This document shows, piece by piece, positions 40,071-53,789 of a stretch of DNA of 64,000 nucleotides; the stretch's first letter is position 1; the number at the start of each line of letters is the position of its first letter. Below the pieces are notes generated by a model. It had not been told where the DNA came from. It saw nothing but the letters and a program-made list of their open reading frames with translations, and ran no database searches. Origin of the DNA: Eledone cirrhosa (taxonomy: Eukaryota); assembly GCA_964016885.1 (NCBI GenBank), contig OZ024749.1, positions 52,948,001-53,012,000 on the forward strand. The letters are read 5' to 3'. A program made the translations under genes and the position numbers.

Positions 40071-40527
40071 TGTATATATCTATATATGTATGTATATGTA
40101 TGTACGTGTATATGTATGCACATCCACACATACATACATACAATAGTGTACAGTGTAAGCACCAATCAGTCCGACAGGTGGCAACCATAGAACAACCAAC
40201 ATTTCTGTAGAGAAAATATTCTTTGGTCACCATCTGCATGGTAAACAATAATTTAGTGTTAACATATTTAACACCAGGGAGAGGAGAGAGGGGGCATTTA
40301 AAAGCTAACTAGAAATCATCATCATCATTTTACGTCCGCTCTTCCCTGCTTGCAAAAAGCAGCTTAGTATTATTTACACACACACACACACACACATACA
40401 TATATACATATATATATATGTTAGGTAATTCCGAAGGAAAAGCAAAGGAAAAAAGAGTGCTCTATGTATAGAACAGAGCTACTTAATTAGAAAGTGAACA
40501 ACACAAAATATATAACTACTCCATTAC

Positions 40528-40585
40528 TACAGGTTTCTGGATGCCAGACAATAATAATATACGTCTGGATCAGTCGTCAGACAGA
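40528..40585 (-). ncRNA. Hammerhead motif, intact core, weak helix I
   Basis: CTGACGA ctgatccagac...gtctggcatcca GAA ACCTGT A. Flanked by a ~30-bp inverted repeat (about 40483-40512 / 40596-40625). Confidence 0.5.
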
Positions 40586-41279
40586 TAACATCATCTATAT
40601 TATGTGTTGTTCACTTTCTAATTAAATATCTATATAGGTGGTGAATAGGCTGAATCGGTAGAGCATCAGATCAAATACTCCGAAGACCCTTTAGAAGAAC
40701 CCCATTTCGGTCACTTGTATTCGCAACCATATTTTATTAGTCATTACCCAAGATTTCTGTCCATAGGGTTGGCACAAACACCAAATTATTCTCAAGTGAT
40801 GAATTATTTTTCTCTCATATTCATAAAAAACAAAAACAAAACAAAGGGATGTATGACCCCTTCATGTGGTGCTAAAAATGGTACACCCAGTATTGCGTCT
40901 CTCTCTCTCTCTTCTCCCTCTCCCAGGGTTTAATGGAACACAGCTGATAATTACACCTGTGCACATGTCGGGATGATAGATCCATGAAAAGCAAATCAAT
41001 CAATATAGCAAGTGTTAACCTGTATTACTAAGATACAAGGATTAACAGATAATCCTTTAAGACTCACCCACAATCTCACTAGTAAAATAACAGTCACCCA
41101 CGATTGAAAAATGTTATTTTTTCTCACAATATAACTATTTCATGGTCCTTGTATTAACTATATAAACACTAACTTAACTTTACTTATATATATTATATAT
41201 AGTTTAAAAGAACAAACGAAACACAGGAGGCAATTGTACACAGTTGTATTAGCTTCACGCTTGGTGGAAGTGGAGGAGG

Positions 41280-41315
41280 TTTCAACGTTTCGGACGCAAG
41301 TCCTTCCTCAAGAAA
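41280..41315 (-). ncRNA. Minimal hammerhead motif (C3U variant)
   Basis: tttc TTGAGGA A GGAC ttgc GTCC GAA ACGT T gaaa. Confidence 0.6.
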
Positions 41316-44300
41316 GTTAAGATAGGAGGAGAACAGGAACTCTGAGAGGGTTGTAAGGAGGGAAGTTAACAAGTAAAGCACACAACAGCACGGAAACCTT
41401 ATGCTAGTCCCTTTAACTTGTTATATAGGACATGTTTGAATTAAATTGAAGATGGTGCAGTATGGTCTTGTGCATAGGGTTGATTGTAAGACTAAGATAT
41501 ATATAAATATATACTAGCTCGCCTGTACTGTAAATAAATGACTGCTGATTGTAACAACTATACATAATATGAAAAAAAGAGGGAAATAAAAATGTTATTC
41601 AGCAAAATGTTATTGTTGTTGTTTAACCCTGAGTCAGCCGTGATCAAATAGACCTATGATTAAAGGCAGTGACCATTCTGTACATTTTTTCTTATCTCTC
41701 TGCACCCCAACTCCACATTATTTAACGTGTCCTTTTCTAAGATATTAGGGGTGTGAGTTGATGGAAATTTTGGCTGCTATTTCTAACAGGCCGAGAGACC
41801 ACTTAGATATTGTTCCCACATTGGTTTGGTTAGGAAGGTGAAGTTGAGGGACATAAGTGTTGGTGTGTATATAAGCGGGTGTGAGAGTGTGTCAGTGTGA
41901 GAGTCTGTGTGTATGTGTATATCTATGTATGATTGTGAGTATGTGTAAGTGTGTATGTGTAATATTTCAAGCGACCATCCCTTATCTAAATCTAACATTG
42001 TTTAAACCACATATGCCATGCTGTGTTCACGAGCAGATAAAATCGAAAGTGGAGTTATAAGTTAGGACATGTGCTTCTCTCATATGTATTATATAATTTT
42101 AATGTTTTTTTATATGTAGTCCTTATCTAACGTGGTCCACACATGCTCACATTCTTATTTTTTCCTTTATTAAATTCTACATCTATTAAAATTATATTGA
42201 TATGTCCTTCAAAAAAGTAATTTCGCTCTCATTCACCCCCCCCCCCTCTTTCTTTTTTAGAGCATAACCAGTGAATGGCCGACAACGTTCATAAGATATT
42301 TCAAGGCCTCCGAAACTTATGGTAAGGAGAAGGGAAGTTAAATTACAGGGAACCCGGTCTGAATATTTGTATTTGCAACAATGTTCTTAGCCATCACCTT
42401 TAAGTTATAAACCCCCCCCCCCCCCCCCCACACACACACATCAGGGACAAGCGCGAGTCTATGACTCTGTTCATTTATTTTGATATATATATAATAAAGA
42501 GTCGGGACCCGACGGCTAAGCTCTTGCCGTATCAACAGCTAATTTTATATACATAATATGATGGTCTGTTTCGTCGTATGTCGATTATGAAGGTTCAACA
42601 GTTTTCTCAGTTTCTTGTTAGTACGGAATCTGAAGACGACCGAAGAATATATGAGCGACATGTAAAAACGAAAAAAATGAGATTGTCTTAATTCTATTTT
42701 ATTAATTTCTAACTAAAAAACGTAATTACAACATTAGTAATTAATTAATTAATTTGCTACAACAGAATACTGTAATAGAATAGGTCGCCGTCATCTGCGG
42801 AAATGCTGCCAGTGTGTTGGCTTGCCTAAAACATTATTAGAGGGGAAACTCCAGCGACCCTTGACTGTGGTTTGTGATGGAGTGTACAGGTATTCTAACA
42901 CCTTTCCCCTACTGTATTATTCCACCTATTTTTTTCGTTTTGTAGAATATATATATATATACGTAGTGGTATTGATTATATACATTTAGAACGGAAAATA
43001 ATTTATTGTGTTATTAGATATATTTGTAATGTCCTTCTAACCGAATTGTGAGCAATTTATAATGTTATTTACGTATTTGTTATGTTATTTATGTATATAT
43101 TTAAAACATATTTGCAACGTTATTCTACTGTAAATTTATACAATTGTAATTTCAAACGTTTAATAAAATGTTTAAACTAGTAAAACTAAAATATATGAAA
43201 GTAATCATGTTACTACAATTATATTTAGCTGTTTATGGATGAAATTATAAAATATATGTTCGATAAAAGACGAGGAAAAAAAAAAGGTCTTATTTTTGAA
43301 TTAGCAATACTCCGAAGAAGACACGTGTACAAAAGAAACCGACCAGGAAAAGTTCTTTGGTTGAATAATAAGTTTTATTTGAAGAATTAAATTAATGATA
43401 TAAAAACATTACAGTAGAGTTTAAAAATAACGGGGGAAAAACTGCGCGTATTTGAAAAGTGTAGGAAGAGGAAGAAGCTTAAGAACAAGCACCGAGCTGG
43501 TTTATAATGAATGGAAAGAATTAGTGATGCTAGAATGCCATATGTACTTTACATAAGGCAGATAATCTTGCTATCAATGGTTTGTAGAACAAAGTCCGAA
43601 AATAGACGCAAAAATATAAAAGAATGGAGTTACCGGCGTAACACCCCTAGGGGTTTTAATAGACCAACTGAATACCATAGGGTTTTTTTTGTGAAAGAAA
43701 GGGGTTTTTGCGAGGGTGGAAGAGTTAATTTTGGGGGTGGAGAGTGAAAGGGATTCTTTTTGGAGGGGAAAGGTGGTTTTGGGGGAAGGTAAAAAGGTTT
43801 TTTTGAGAGGCAGGAGAAATATGTTTTTCTTCTTTTTCCAGCAGAGAAGCAGTCGCTGTTCGTTCAACAACCTCAGTTTGTTATCATGTCATCAGTACAA
43901 TGCCGGTGTCCCATAAACTTAACACTTACCAATATTACCACCACTCCCCATTGTCATGTCATTCTTCTAAATCACATTTTTTTAACCCGAGTATCTTCTA
44001 CTCCCTATTATGTTTGGGTGTGGGAGAGGGAAGATTTTTTCTTTCTTTTTTCACAAAATAGCAAATCACACACAACCCCAGTCCTTGTATCATTTTAAAA
44101 TATCCTCCTTTTTTTTTTTCATAGATGAAAAGATAAAAAAACATGTTGAGTTCCATAAGGCCAAGATGAACTTGAAATGTCACTCCAAAGATTATTACGT
44201 TGCTAGAATATATTTATATCCGTGTTTACCATTTTACCATTTATTCGGTTTTTATTTAATTTTATTTTGTTTCTTTCACTTTTCGTTGTCATAGAAAGAA

Positions 44301-44370
44301 AGAAAAACGTGCAAATAGTAGAAAAATAATATTGTAAAAAAGAAAGAAAAGAAGAAAGAAATGTACTTAC

Positions 44371-44623
44371 ATGTTTTGAAAGAAATATTCGGATCGTTGG
44401 CACCGTAAATCTTCAACATTGGTACATAAATGATTCCATAGGAGTTCAAAATCCCAAATACCAAACCATTCACCCATAGAGATGCAAAACAGACAACCCA
44501 TCCCCACCCACCGTCGAGCGGGACAAACCCATGTTTGTCTATGTTGGGTTCTTTTAAAGAATCATGTTGGCAGTCTTTCTCGTTACTATCGCTACTGTGT
44601 TTTTCTTTTAAATCACTTGTCAT
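44371..44623 (-). CDS. SLC16A10: SLC16 family (MCT10/MCT8-like) transporter, coding exon 1
   Basis: MTSDLKEK...VPLDGGWGWVVCFASLWVNGLVFGILNSYGIIY contains the SLC16 DGGWGW motif. GTAAGT donor, phase 1. Confidence 0.88.
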
Positions 44624-44628
44624 TATTA

Positions 44629-44674
<46 letters not shown>

Positions 44675-45961
44675 ATATAAATATATAAATAAATAAATAT
44701 ATATATCAATATCGAAATATGTCGAACTATTTCAATTAATCACCGATTGATAGATTCTTAGAAACAACCAGAATCATTACAAAAAAAAAAAAAATGTTAA
44801 TTTTTTAAAAATATTATTATTATTATGATGAAAGTTTTCAAAAATGTGTTGGAAAATTGTAGAATATTATATTTTGTATTTTAAAAGTGGTTCCAATCAG
44901 CAGCAAGTTGAGGTCAGTTTTATTCTGTTTTTTTTTTCTCGGTATTATTGCATATCTGTGTTGCACTTTCTTAGCAATTCTAATAAAGGTTGCATCATTG
45001 TATTTATATAAACCTTGAAAAAAATAAAAAACAAAGGTTAATTATAAAAGTAAAACTTGTATGATTTATATTAGAACTTTAAAAACAAACTAAAAAAACA
45101 TAGTCGTGAAACATAAAAAAAAAGCATCTGTCCGAGATAATGAAATATATAAGTTCGATTACATAGCGAAAATTGATCACACACACAGCCACAGAATAAG
45201 TTCGATTATATAGAAAAAATTGAACACACACATTCACAGACAGAATAAGTTCGAATATACAGAGGACATTGATCACACAGACAGACAGAATATGGTTGAT
45301 CGGAAAATGTAGTAATAATTATTTTTAAGGAGAAATAGTTTCTACTTTTGGCACAAGGCCAGCAAGTACCCAGTGCATTACTGGTACTTTATTTTATCGA
45401 CCTCGTAAGGATGAAAGACGAAGTTAACCTCGACGGGATTTGCATTAAAAGGAGAAAAGTAAAATTGAAACATTATTTTAAAAATATACATAAATCCATA
45501 TTTAAAAGACTGAGAGAATAATTGTTAAAAATAAAACGATTTAACTAAATATATATTAGAGGGAACTTATGCAAGTAGAAAAAAAGAGCGAAATCGCTTA
45601 TGAAACATTTTCTCGGGTTCATGAAATCCCTGACCATATGTTGAAGGATGAAATAATAAATTATTATTACTAATATTATTATATATAAACATATATCTGT
45701 GTGTATTATTTAACAGAAAAAGCCCCTCCAAAAAAGCTATTGAATAACCAATATTACCATTATTCCTATTAATAGCGAGACCAACTTTCATTCCACAAGA
45801 AGCGGTGATTTTTTAACTCTCAATTATCTTTCTTATGTAATATTTTAAGAGAAATCGAATTCGATCTTGCTTTCTCTCTCTTACTTTCGTTTTTTAATCT
45901 TTTTTTTTTACTTTTCTATTTAAAAAAAAAAATGTTTCTTTTAAAATATTTAAATACATAC

Positions 45962-46051
45962 CTGTAAATAAATACTTTCATCTTTCTTAAACCGGCAAGA
46001 TGTGTTTTTCCCTTCTTCTCCATGTTTTAGATGGTTTCGTTTAAAAGGACG

Positions 46052-46088
<37 letters not shown>

Positions 46089-46360
46089 CTAACTATATAT
46101 ATAGTTACATATATATAACATAATATATATCTAACTATATATATTATATATATATATATAAATCATTCCATCTGTTACTCCCTGCAACACAGCTACAATA
46201 ACAACTCACTTCTTCTAAAACGCAACAACTGCTTATTTTCCCCCCCCTCTCTCTCTCACTTCTCTTTCTCTCTTAATCTCGTAATTGGCTCTTAATTTGT
46301 TTCGCCCTCCCCCAGCTTTACTCTCTCTTTCTTCATTATTTTCTGTCACGCCCCCTCCCT
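45962..46360 (-). promoter_or_regulatory. Putative 5' non-coding exon and promoter of the SLC16 gene
   Basis: Consensus CAG|GTATGT donor at 45962/45961 and a candidate acceptor (tttttttcaag|G) at 45013. A CCAAT (minus strand, ~46284-46288), a GC-box-like element and GAGA tracts lie upstream. Inference only. Confidence 0.35.
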
Positions 46361-46997
46361 CTCTCTCTCCATCAATCTATTTATCTCTCTCTTTAACGAT
46401 CTCTCTCTCTCTCTCTCTCTAACAATCTATCTATCTATTCGTCTCTGTTGCTGTTTAATTCTCCCTTATCCTTTATCGCTATTTTACTTCTCTCTCTCTC
46501 TCGTTATCTTTTCATCACTCTGTTTCTCCCTCCCCCCTCTCTCTCTTTCCTCTTACTATTTCTTTCTGTAGATACTCCTCTCTTGTCAAGAGTGTCTTCT
46601 CTCTTTTTGTTAATATTTATTACGATCTTATCTTTACTTTAATAACAAACAAAAAAAGAGAAACCCTTTCCCCCTCTATCTGTCCTTCATTCCCCCTCTA
46701 TCTCTCTCGCTCTCCACTTATTACTCGTGTATATTTCACTTTTCTAATTATTTACTATACACTCTTACGTAACTTGCCGTCTTCATCTTCCTCTCAATGT
46801 TATCACTTTAGTCCTAGGCATTACTTCACCTGGTGAATTTGTCAGAGCGGAGTTGGGTGTCCGCAGGTGCGAGCAGGTGTTGTGGTTAGTGGTTGTTCCA
46901 GCGTGTCTCCCTCGCTGTCCCCCGGAAAGCTGGTGGTGGCAATGTCTTCTCTCTTTATCATCCTGGCTGCAGTCGGGACCTCCGGGCGGATTGACTC

Positions 46998-47183
46998 TAC
47001 ATTACTCTATATATACTATTGTATTTTCACAGTAAAGGCTTTACCTCACATAATATCGAATCTATGAGATTTTGATATTATTTATTTTGGGAACAATACC
47101 TTAACATAAGTATCAGTGGCCTGTTTGAACAGAAAGAGGTGAGAGAATTCTGACCGGATATGGCCAGTTTAAATGCTAATGGG
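46998..47183. mobile_element. piggyBac-like MITE, left end missing
   Basis: Internal sequence matches the other copies; right end is AAATGCTAATGGG-TTAA. Confidence 0.65.
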
Positions 47184-47445
47184 TTAAGTTTAATTTATTT
47201 ATGGTGGTGGGCAAGTAGAATAGATTTACTTCCATAAGCACGTGTAGGTTGAGAAACGAAACACTCACATTTACTATATAACTAACCTTTGTTCGTCTAT
47301 TTTATTCTTCTCATTTCTTATCATGTATAAAAACCATTCCTCTATTTTCTACAGACACATCTTCCCATACCAGCATATTCCACAGGTAGTCGTTTGACCT
47401 TCTAGCATATCCTCTTTGGAAACAGGATATGCTCCAAAATCAATA

Positions 47446-47538
47446 GACGTGTCTGAGGAACCTGTGAATCCAGAGTCAGGTCGATCCACACACAGATCGC
47501 ACCTTGAGCTGTCCGCCGGGGAAACAATTGTAACATAC
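47446..47538 (+). ncRNA. Hammerhead motif with an extended (~61-nt) domain II
   Basis: gacgtgt CTGAGGA [61-nt hairpin] GAA ACAATTGT A acatac AATAAA; palindromic helix III. Confidence 0.55.
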
Positions 47539-47664
47539 AATAAATTGAGTTCCAATACATCACTGATTTTTCGTTTTACATTCTATATATATATATATAT
47601 ATATACATAAACACACACATACATATGTATATAAATATGTGTATATATATATATATATATATAC

Positions 47665-48137
47665 GAAAGGCCGGTTGTATGATGCCTGTGTGAGGAGCGT
47701 GATGCTGCATGGTAGTGAGACATGGGCAGCAACTGCAGAGGATATGCGACGGCTGGAGAGAAATGAGGCAAGCATGCTCCATTGGATGTGCAGTGTAAAT
47801 GTGCGTGAACGACCCAGCATAAATGTGTTGAGAAAGAAACTGTGTCTGAGAGGGATAGAATGTAGTGTACGGGAGAGGAGACTGAGGTGGTATGGACATG
47901 TGATGCGCATGTGGATGACCGATGGGTGAAGAAGTGCCAGGAAATGCCAGTTGAAGGAAGACGTGGTAGAGGTAGACCACGAAAAACATGGGCGGAGGTG
48001 GTGAGAACAGACCTCAGATCATTGAAGCTCACGGTGGAGATGACGAAGGACCGTGACGAATGGAGAGATGCTGTGCTGAATAAGACCCGTCCCACCCTTG
48101 CAAGCAGGGAAAAGCGGACATAAAATGATGATGATGA
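47665..48137 (+). mobile_element. RTE LINE 3' fragment. Related pieces at 19485-19815, 25810-26010, 39200-39470 and 50530-50750
   Basis: [20 protein letters not shown]...[11 protein letters not shown]...GRPRKTW; (ATG)n tail. Confidence 0.85.
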
Positions 48138-48362
48138 TATATATATATATATCATCATTTTATGTCCGCTTTTCCCTGCTTGCAAGGATGTATGTATATA
48201 TACATATGTATATAAATATATATATATATATATACACACATATATATACATATGTATGTAAATATGTATATATATATACACATATATATACACATGTATG
48301 TATATATATACAGACATATATATACATATGTATGTATATATATATATATATATATACATATG

Positions 48363-48477
<115 letters not shown>

Positions 48478-48829
48478 ATATACATATGTATGTATGTATA
48501 TATATATATATATACACATATATATACATATGTATGTATATATATATATATACACATATGTATGTATATATATACACATATATATACATATGTATGTATA
48601 TATATAAACATATATATACATATGTATGTATATACACATATATATACATATGTATGTATATATGTATATATATACACATATATATACATATGTATGTATA
48701 TATGTGTATATATATATATACATATACTTAGTAATAATAAATTTGAAGACTAAAATCAAAAGAGGGCTCGATAAGGATAAATATATATCAAATATATAAG
48801 AACCATAGAGCAAATATTTATTAAATAAC

Positions 48830-48945
48830 AGATTAAAGTTTAAGCAAAGAATCGCTGCTTTCACCCTTAACGGGATCTTCTGAAACTCTTTTCAGAAGAT
48901 CCCGTTAAGGGTGAAAGCAGCGATTCTTTGCTTAAACTTTAATCT
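48830..48945. repeat. Perfect hairpin, 56-bp arms, 4-nt loop
   Basis: Direct reading of the reverse complement. Confidence 0.95.
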
Positions 48946-49546
48946 CTTATTTTAATATATACACATATATATACATATATATGTATATACATATATTTAT
49001 ACATATATATACATATGTATGTATATACATATATATACACATATATATGTACATACATATATATACACATATATATGTACATACATATATATATATATAC
49101 ATATATATATACACATATATACATACACATATATACATATGTATGTATATACACATATATATATATACATACATATATATATATATACATATATATATAC
49201 ACATATATATGTACATACATATATATATATATATACATACACATATATACATATGTATGTATATACACATATATATATATATACACATATATATATACAT
49301 ATTTACACATATATATATACATATATATATATATACATATATATATACATATATACACATATATATATACATATATATATATATACATATATATATACAT
49401 ATATATATACATATATACATACATATATATATATATACATATACATATATATATATATACATATATATATACATATATATATACATATATACATACATAT
49501 ATATATATATACATATATATATACATATATACACATATATATATAC

Positions 49547-49577
<31 letters not shown>

Positions 49578-49650
49578 CATATATATATACATATATACAC
49601 ATATATATATACATATATATATATACATATATATATATACATATATATAC

Positions 49651-49685
<35 letters not shown>

Positions 49686-49708
49686 CACATATATATACAT
49701 ATATACAC

Positions 49709-49756
<48 letters not shown>

Positions 49757-49918
49757 TCATTCATCATTTCATTTTACGTCCACTTTTCCCTGCTTGCAAG
49801 GGTGGGACGGGAACTGATTTTGGCTTGATTTTTACAGCTGGATGCCCTTCCTAACACCAACCTCATTTACAGTGAGTGATGTATATATATATGAGTGCTA
49901 TATATATACACACACATG

Positions 49919-49959
<41 letters not shown>

Positions 49960-49987
49960 ATATGTGTGTATATATATACACACATAC

Positions 49988-50028
<41 letters not shown>

Positions 50029-50029
50029 C

Positions 50030-50072
<43 letters not shown>

Positions 50073-50699
50073 TATATATATACACACACACAGATTTTGG
50101 CAACTTTCAATAGTAGTTCTTTATCAGAATTGTTGGAAGGAAAAAGTTTAAAAAAAAAAACTGAATTGCTCATTTGGTGTATTTTTAAATAATAATATTT
50201 ATCTGAATATTGTAATACATCTGGTGTCTAGTGGGAACAGCTGAGTCAGTTGATACATCTGGTGTCTAGTGGGAACAGCTGAGTCAGTTGATTCATCTGG
50301 TGTCTAGTGGGAACAGCTGAGTCAGTTGATATGGATGAGAGACTTTGTGGAAGTTGTTAAAATCAATTTTGCATTGTGTACTTCAATTGCCCCCTCGTCG
50401 TTTTTAGAATAGTCATAGTGTAAGCACTTGTGTATTGTTTGTTATAAGAGGGTCAACGTTGTGTTATGTAGTTTCTATAAAATAAAGCTATTGTTATCTG
50501 AATATGACGACCCTTCCCACAAACAACAACATACAAAGTGTCGAGTGTAACTAACGGCAAATATTGGATGTGAATGAGTGAGGAAGTAACAAGTAATCCC
50601 AGTGGAGGGAGGTTGTAGTAGAGGAAGACCTGGATGGAAGTGGTTGGAGGAGCAGATCTCAAGATAGCTGAAGCTCACAGAGGAGAAGACAAAGGAATG

Positions 50700-51125
50700 C
50701 GATAAGTGGAGAGGTGCTGTACTGAGAAGGACCTGTCCAACCCATGCAAACATGGAACAAGTGGAGAGGTGGAGTACTGAGAAGGATCTGTCCAACCCAT
50801 GCATGTGTGGAACAAGTGGTGAGGTGCTGTACTGGGAAGGACCTGTCCAACCCATGCATGTGTGGAACAAGTGGTGAGGTGCTGACTGGGAAGGACCTAT
50901 CCAACCCATACATGTGTGGAACAAGTGGAAAGGTGCTGTACTGGGAAGGATCTGTCCAACCCATGCATGTGTGGAACAAGTGGAAAGGACCTGTCCAACC
51001 CATGCATGTGTGGAACAAGTGGAGAGGTGCTGTACTGGGAAGGACCTGCCCAACCCATGCATGTGTGGAACAAGTGGAGAGGTGCTGTACTGGGAAGGAC
51101 CTGCCCAACCCATGCATGTGTGGAA
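50700..51125 (+). repeat. ~52-bp minisatellite derived from an RTE LINE 3' end
   Basis: gtggagaggtgctgtactgggaaggacctgtccaacccatgcatgtgtggaacaa repeated, contiguous with the LINE fragment. Confidence 0.85.
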
Positions 51126-51280
51126 AGACTCCTACCCATCTATCTACCCATCTGTATTTATTTCTCTATTTTTTTTTTTTTTTGCTAATTTCCTACTTCA
51201 TTTCATGTTAATCATTTCTCGGGTTTTCTAACAAGAAGCTCCACACACCTGCTTCCCTCCTGTTTTTTTTACCCACAATA

Positions 51281-51838
51281 TGGAGGCACATGGCTTAGTG
51301 GTTAGAGCATTGGGCTTGCAATCGAAAGGTTGTGAGTTCAATTCTCAGACCGGGATGTGTTGTTTCTTTGAGCAAGACACTTTATTTCACATTTCTCCAG
51401 TTTACTCAGCTGTAGAAATGAGATGATAGGGACTGGGGTCCCTATCATTCCACTGTAAAGTGGTCGTGGAGGTGCCACGGCAAAAAAGCACCCAGCACTC
51501 ACTTTAAATGAGGTTGGTGTTAGGAAGGGCATCCAGCTCAGAGTTGCTGAAGCATGGAACAAACTACCTGCATCAGTTGTTAGCTGTCGAGACACTCCAT
51601 CCTTTAAAACCTCCATGCTTCCCGAGATCCGCCAACACTACAGCTAACACATACACACATGTACTTCCCTGACATTTGTGTATTATTCTATGTACTTTCT
51701 TGACGAGTTGTAGTGCACCTGAGCACTTTACACAATAATTTCATTATTATTTTTTTAAATCAAGCCAGAATCAGTTCCCGTCCCACCCTTGCAAGCAGGG
51801 AAAAGGGGATGTAAAATGAAATGATGATGATGATGATG
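51281..51838 (+). mobile_element. SINE family A interrupted by a CR1/L2-like LINE 3' fragment (about 51539-51756)
   Basis: The SINE breaks after catccagct and resumes at aaatcaagccagaatcag. The insert encodes RVAEAWNKLPASVV and ends in (ATT)n/T. Confidence 0.8.
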
Positions 51839-52579
51839 AATGAATAGAAATAATGACACAAATGTTATAATGTTTTGTAACATTGTTGCTCAGAAACGTG
51901 TATGGAATATAGTTGTTCAACTACTGCGATATGTTCAGGCATGTGTGAAATAAAAACAAGAATTTCATAATGACTAAAATGTGTTAGTAAACTCCATTAT
52001 ATAAAATCATAAAACAAGTTTTCTCAGGAAAATTTGACATCTGTTAATACACAGTTTAATGATGAAATTATTGTGTACAGTGCTCAGGTGCACTACTACT
52101 CTTCAAAGGTGCATGTATAGTACATAGAATAATGTACAAATGTCAGGAAAGTGAACAGTGTATGAGTCATGATATACACACAGATACATGTGTGTGTGTG
52201 TATGAAGGGTAATATCAGGTGGAATGTTGGCAAATTTTGGAAGCATGGAAGTTTTGAAGGATGCAGTGTCCTGACAGCTAACAACTGATGCAGGTAGTTT
52301 GTTCCATGCTTCAGCAACTCTGAGCATGGAAAAATGTTTCTGTAAGTCATCAGAGCTGTGCTGTTTCCTGAATATTTTTCTGAATGTAGAAGGGAAGGAC
52401 TCTTCAGCCAACCTCCCACCCCACCTAGTGACGGGGATTTACCTGATAAACACACCCAGTACACTCTGTTCTATTTTGTGGTGGGGGGTGGGGGTGATTG
52501 TTCCTTTTGTTCTTCTCACTGACCTACAAACGATATTGGAGGTGAAGATATAAACACACACACATGGTAGGCTTTCATA

Positions 52580-52890
52580 GTGTCACCATCTGTCAAACAC
52601 CCACACAGCAGGCATCCACACTGTCCCCATCTGCCAAACACCCACACAGCAGGCATGCACACTGTCACCATCTGCCAAACACCCACACAGCAGGCATCCA
52701 CACTGTCACCATCTGCCAAACACCCACACAGCAGGCATCCACACTGTCACCATCTGCCAAACACCCACACAGCAGGCATCCACACTGTCACCATTTGCCA
52801 AACATACACATGACTGGCATCCACACTGTCACCATCTGCCAAACACCCACACAGCAGGCATCCACACTGTCACCATCTGCCAAACACACT
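52580..52890. repeat. ~40-bp minisatellite
   Basis: ctgtcaccatctgccaaacacccacacagcaggcatccaca repeated. Confidence 0.9.
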
Positions 52891-53789
52891 CACAAGATGA
52901 CATCGGTCAACCCAAAGCTATAGCAGAATACATTTTCCCTGCAGGTGCCACTCACAGGTGCCAGCCACAGGTGCCACACAGAGGGTCCAAACCTGAGACT
53001 TATGTTGACGAAAAGAAGAGTTTGTCTCTGGGAAGATCAGAACATAGAGCCACAATGTTCGGAAACAGTTGTTTACCCAGTTGGCATTGTTAAGGTACAG
53101 AATTGTACCTTGAACTCAGTGAAGGTATCAATTTACAGTTAGGTGGGTTGGGTCAACAATTTAGATGTCTCTGTAGTTATTGATTGGATTATAATTAGGT
53201 CTCACTTTAAACCTGTAAGTTGATACACTTTACATGCAGCTATGGATGATATATTTTAATTAGTTGTCTTCTATACAACATAAGCTTTCTTGTTTTTCAG
53301 TCAACTGTTATCATAAATAATGGCCAATCTAATTTGTATGGAATCTGTTTGGTGGTGGAATGAGGGCAGGGTTTGGTGGTGATGTGAGGGTAGGGTTTGG
53401 TGGTGACGTGAGGGCAGGGTTTGGTGGTGACGTGAGGGCAGGTTTTACCCTCTAATAACAACACCACCACCACGTCCTCTAACACCACCACCACCACCAC
53501 CACCACCACTGGTACTTTATTTTATAAACCGCTGAAATCGTTGAACTCAGGAAGTAAAAAGTTGCAACAAAATATTGCAACAAGATTTTATATCTGGGAC
53601 TTCAACCATTTCTGCCAAAGCTATAATAATTGGTTATAATTAGTTATACTAGTTTATGCTAGGTTAACTAGATTAAGGCTGATGTGTTAACAGACAGTAA
53701 CTAATATCCTCAGGTTTTGTCACATTCAGACATTTTTTTTTCATGTGTTGAAATATTTGGAAAATCAACTGTCTACAAGTCACAAGTCA

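Noticed and set aside
46830-46992. GC-rich patch with short ORFs upstream of SLC16
   Set aside because: No recognisable protein motif or splice context; probably an unidentified repeat fragment.
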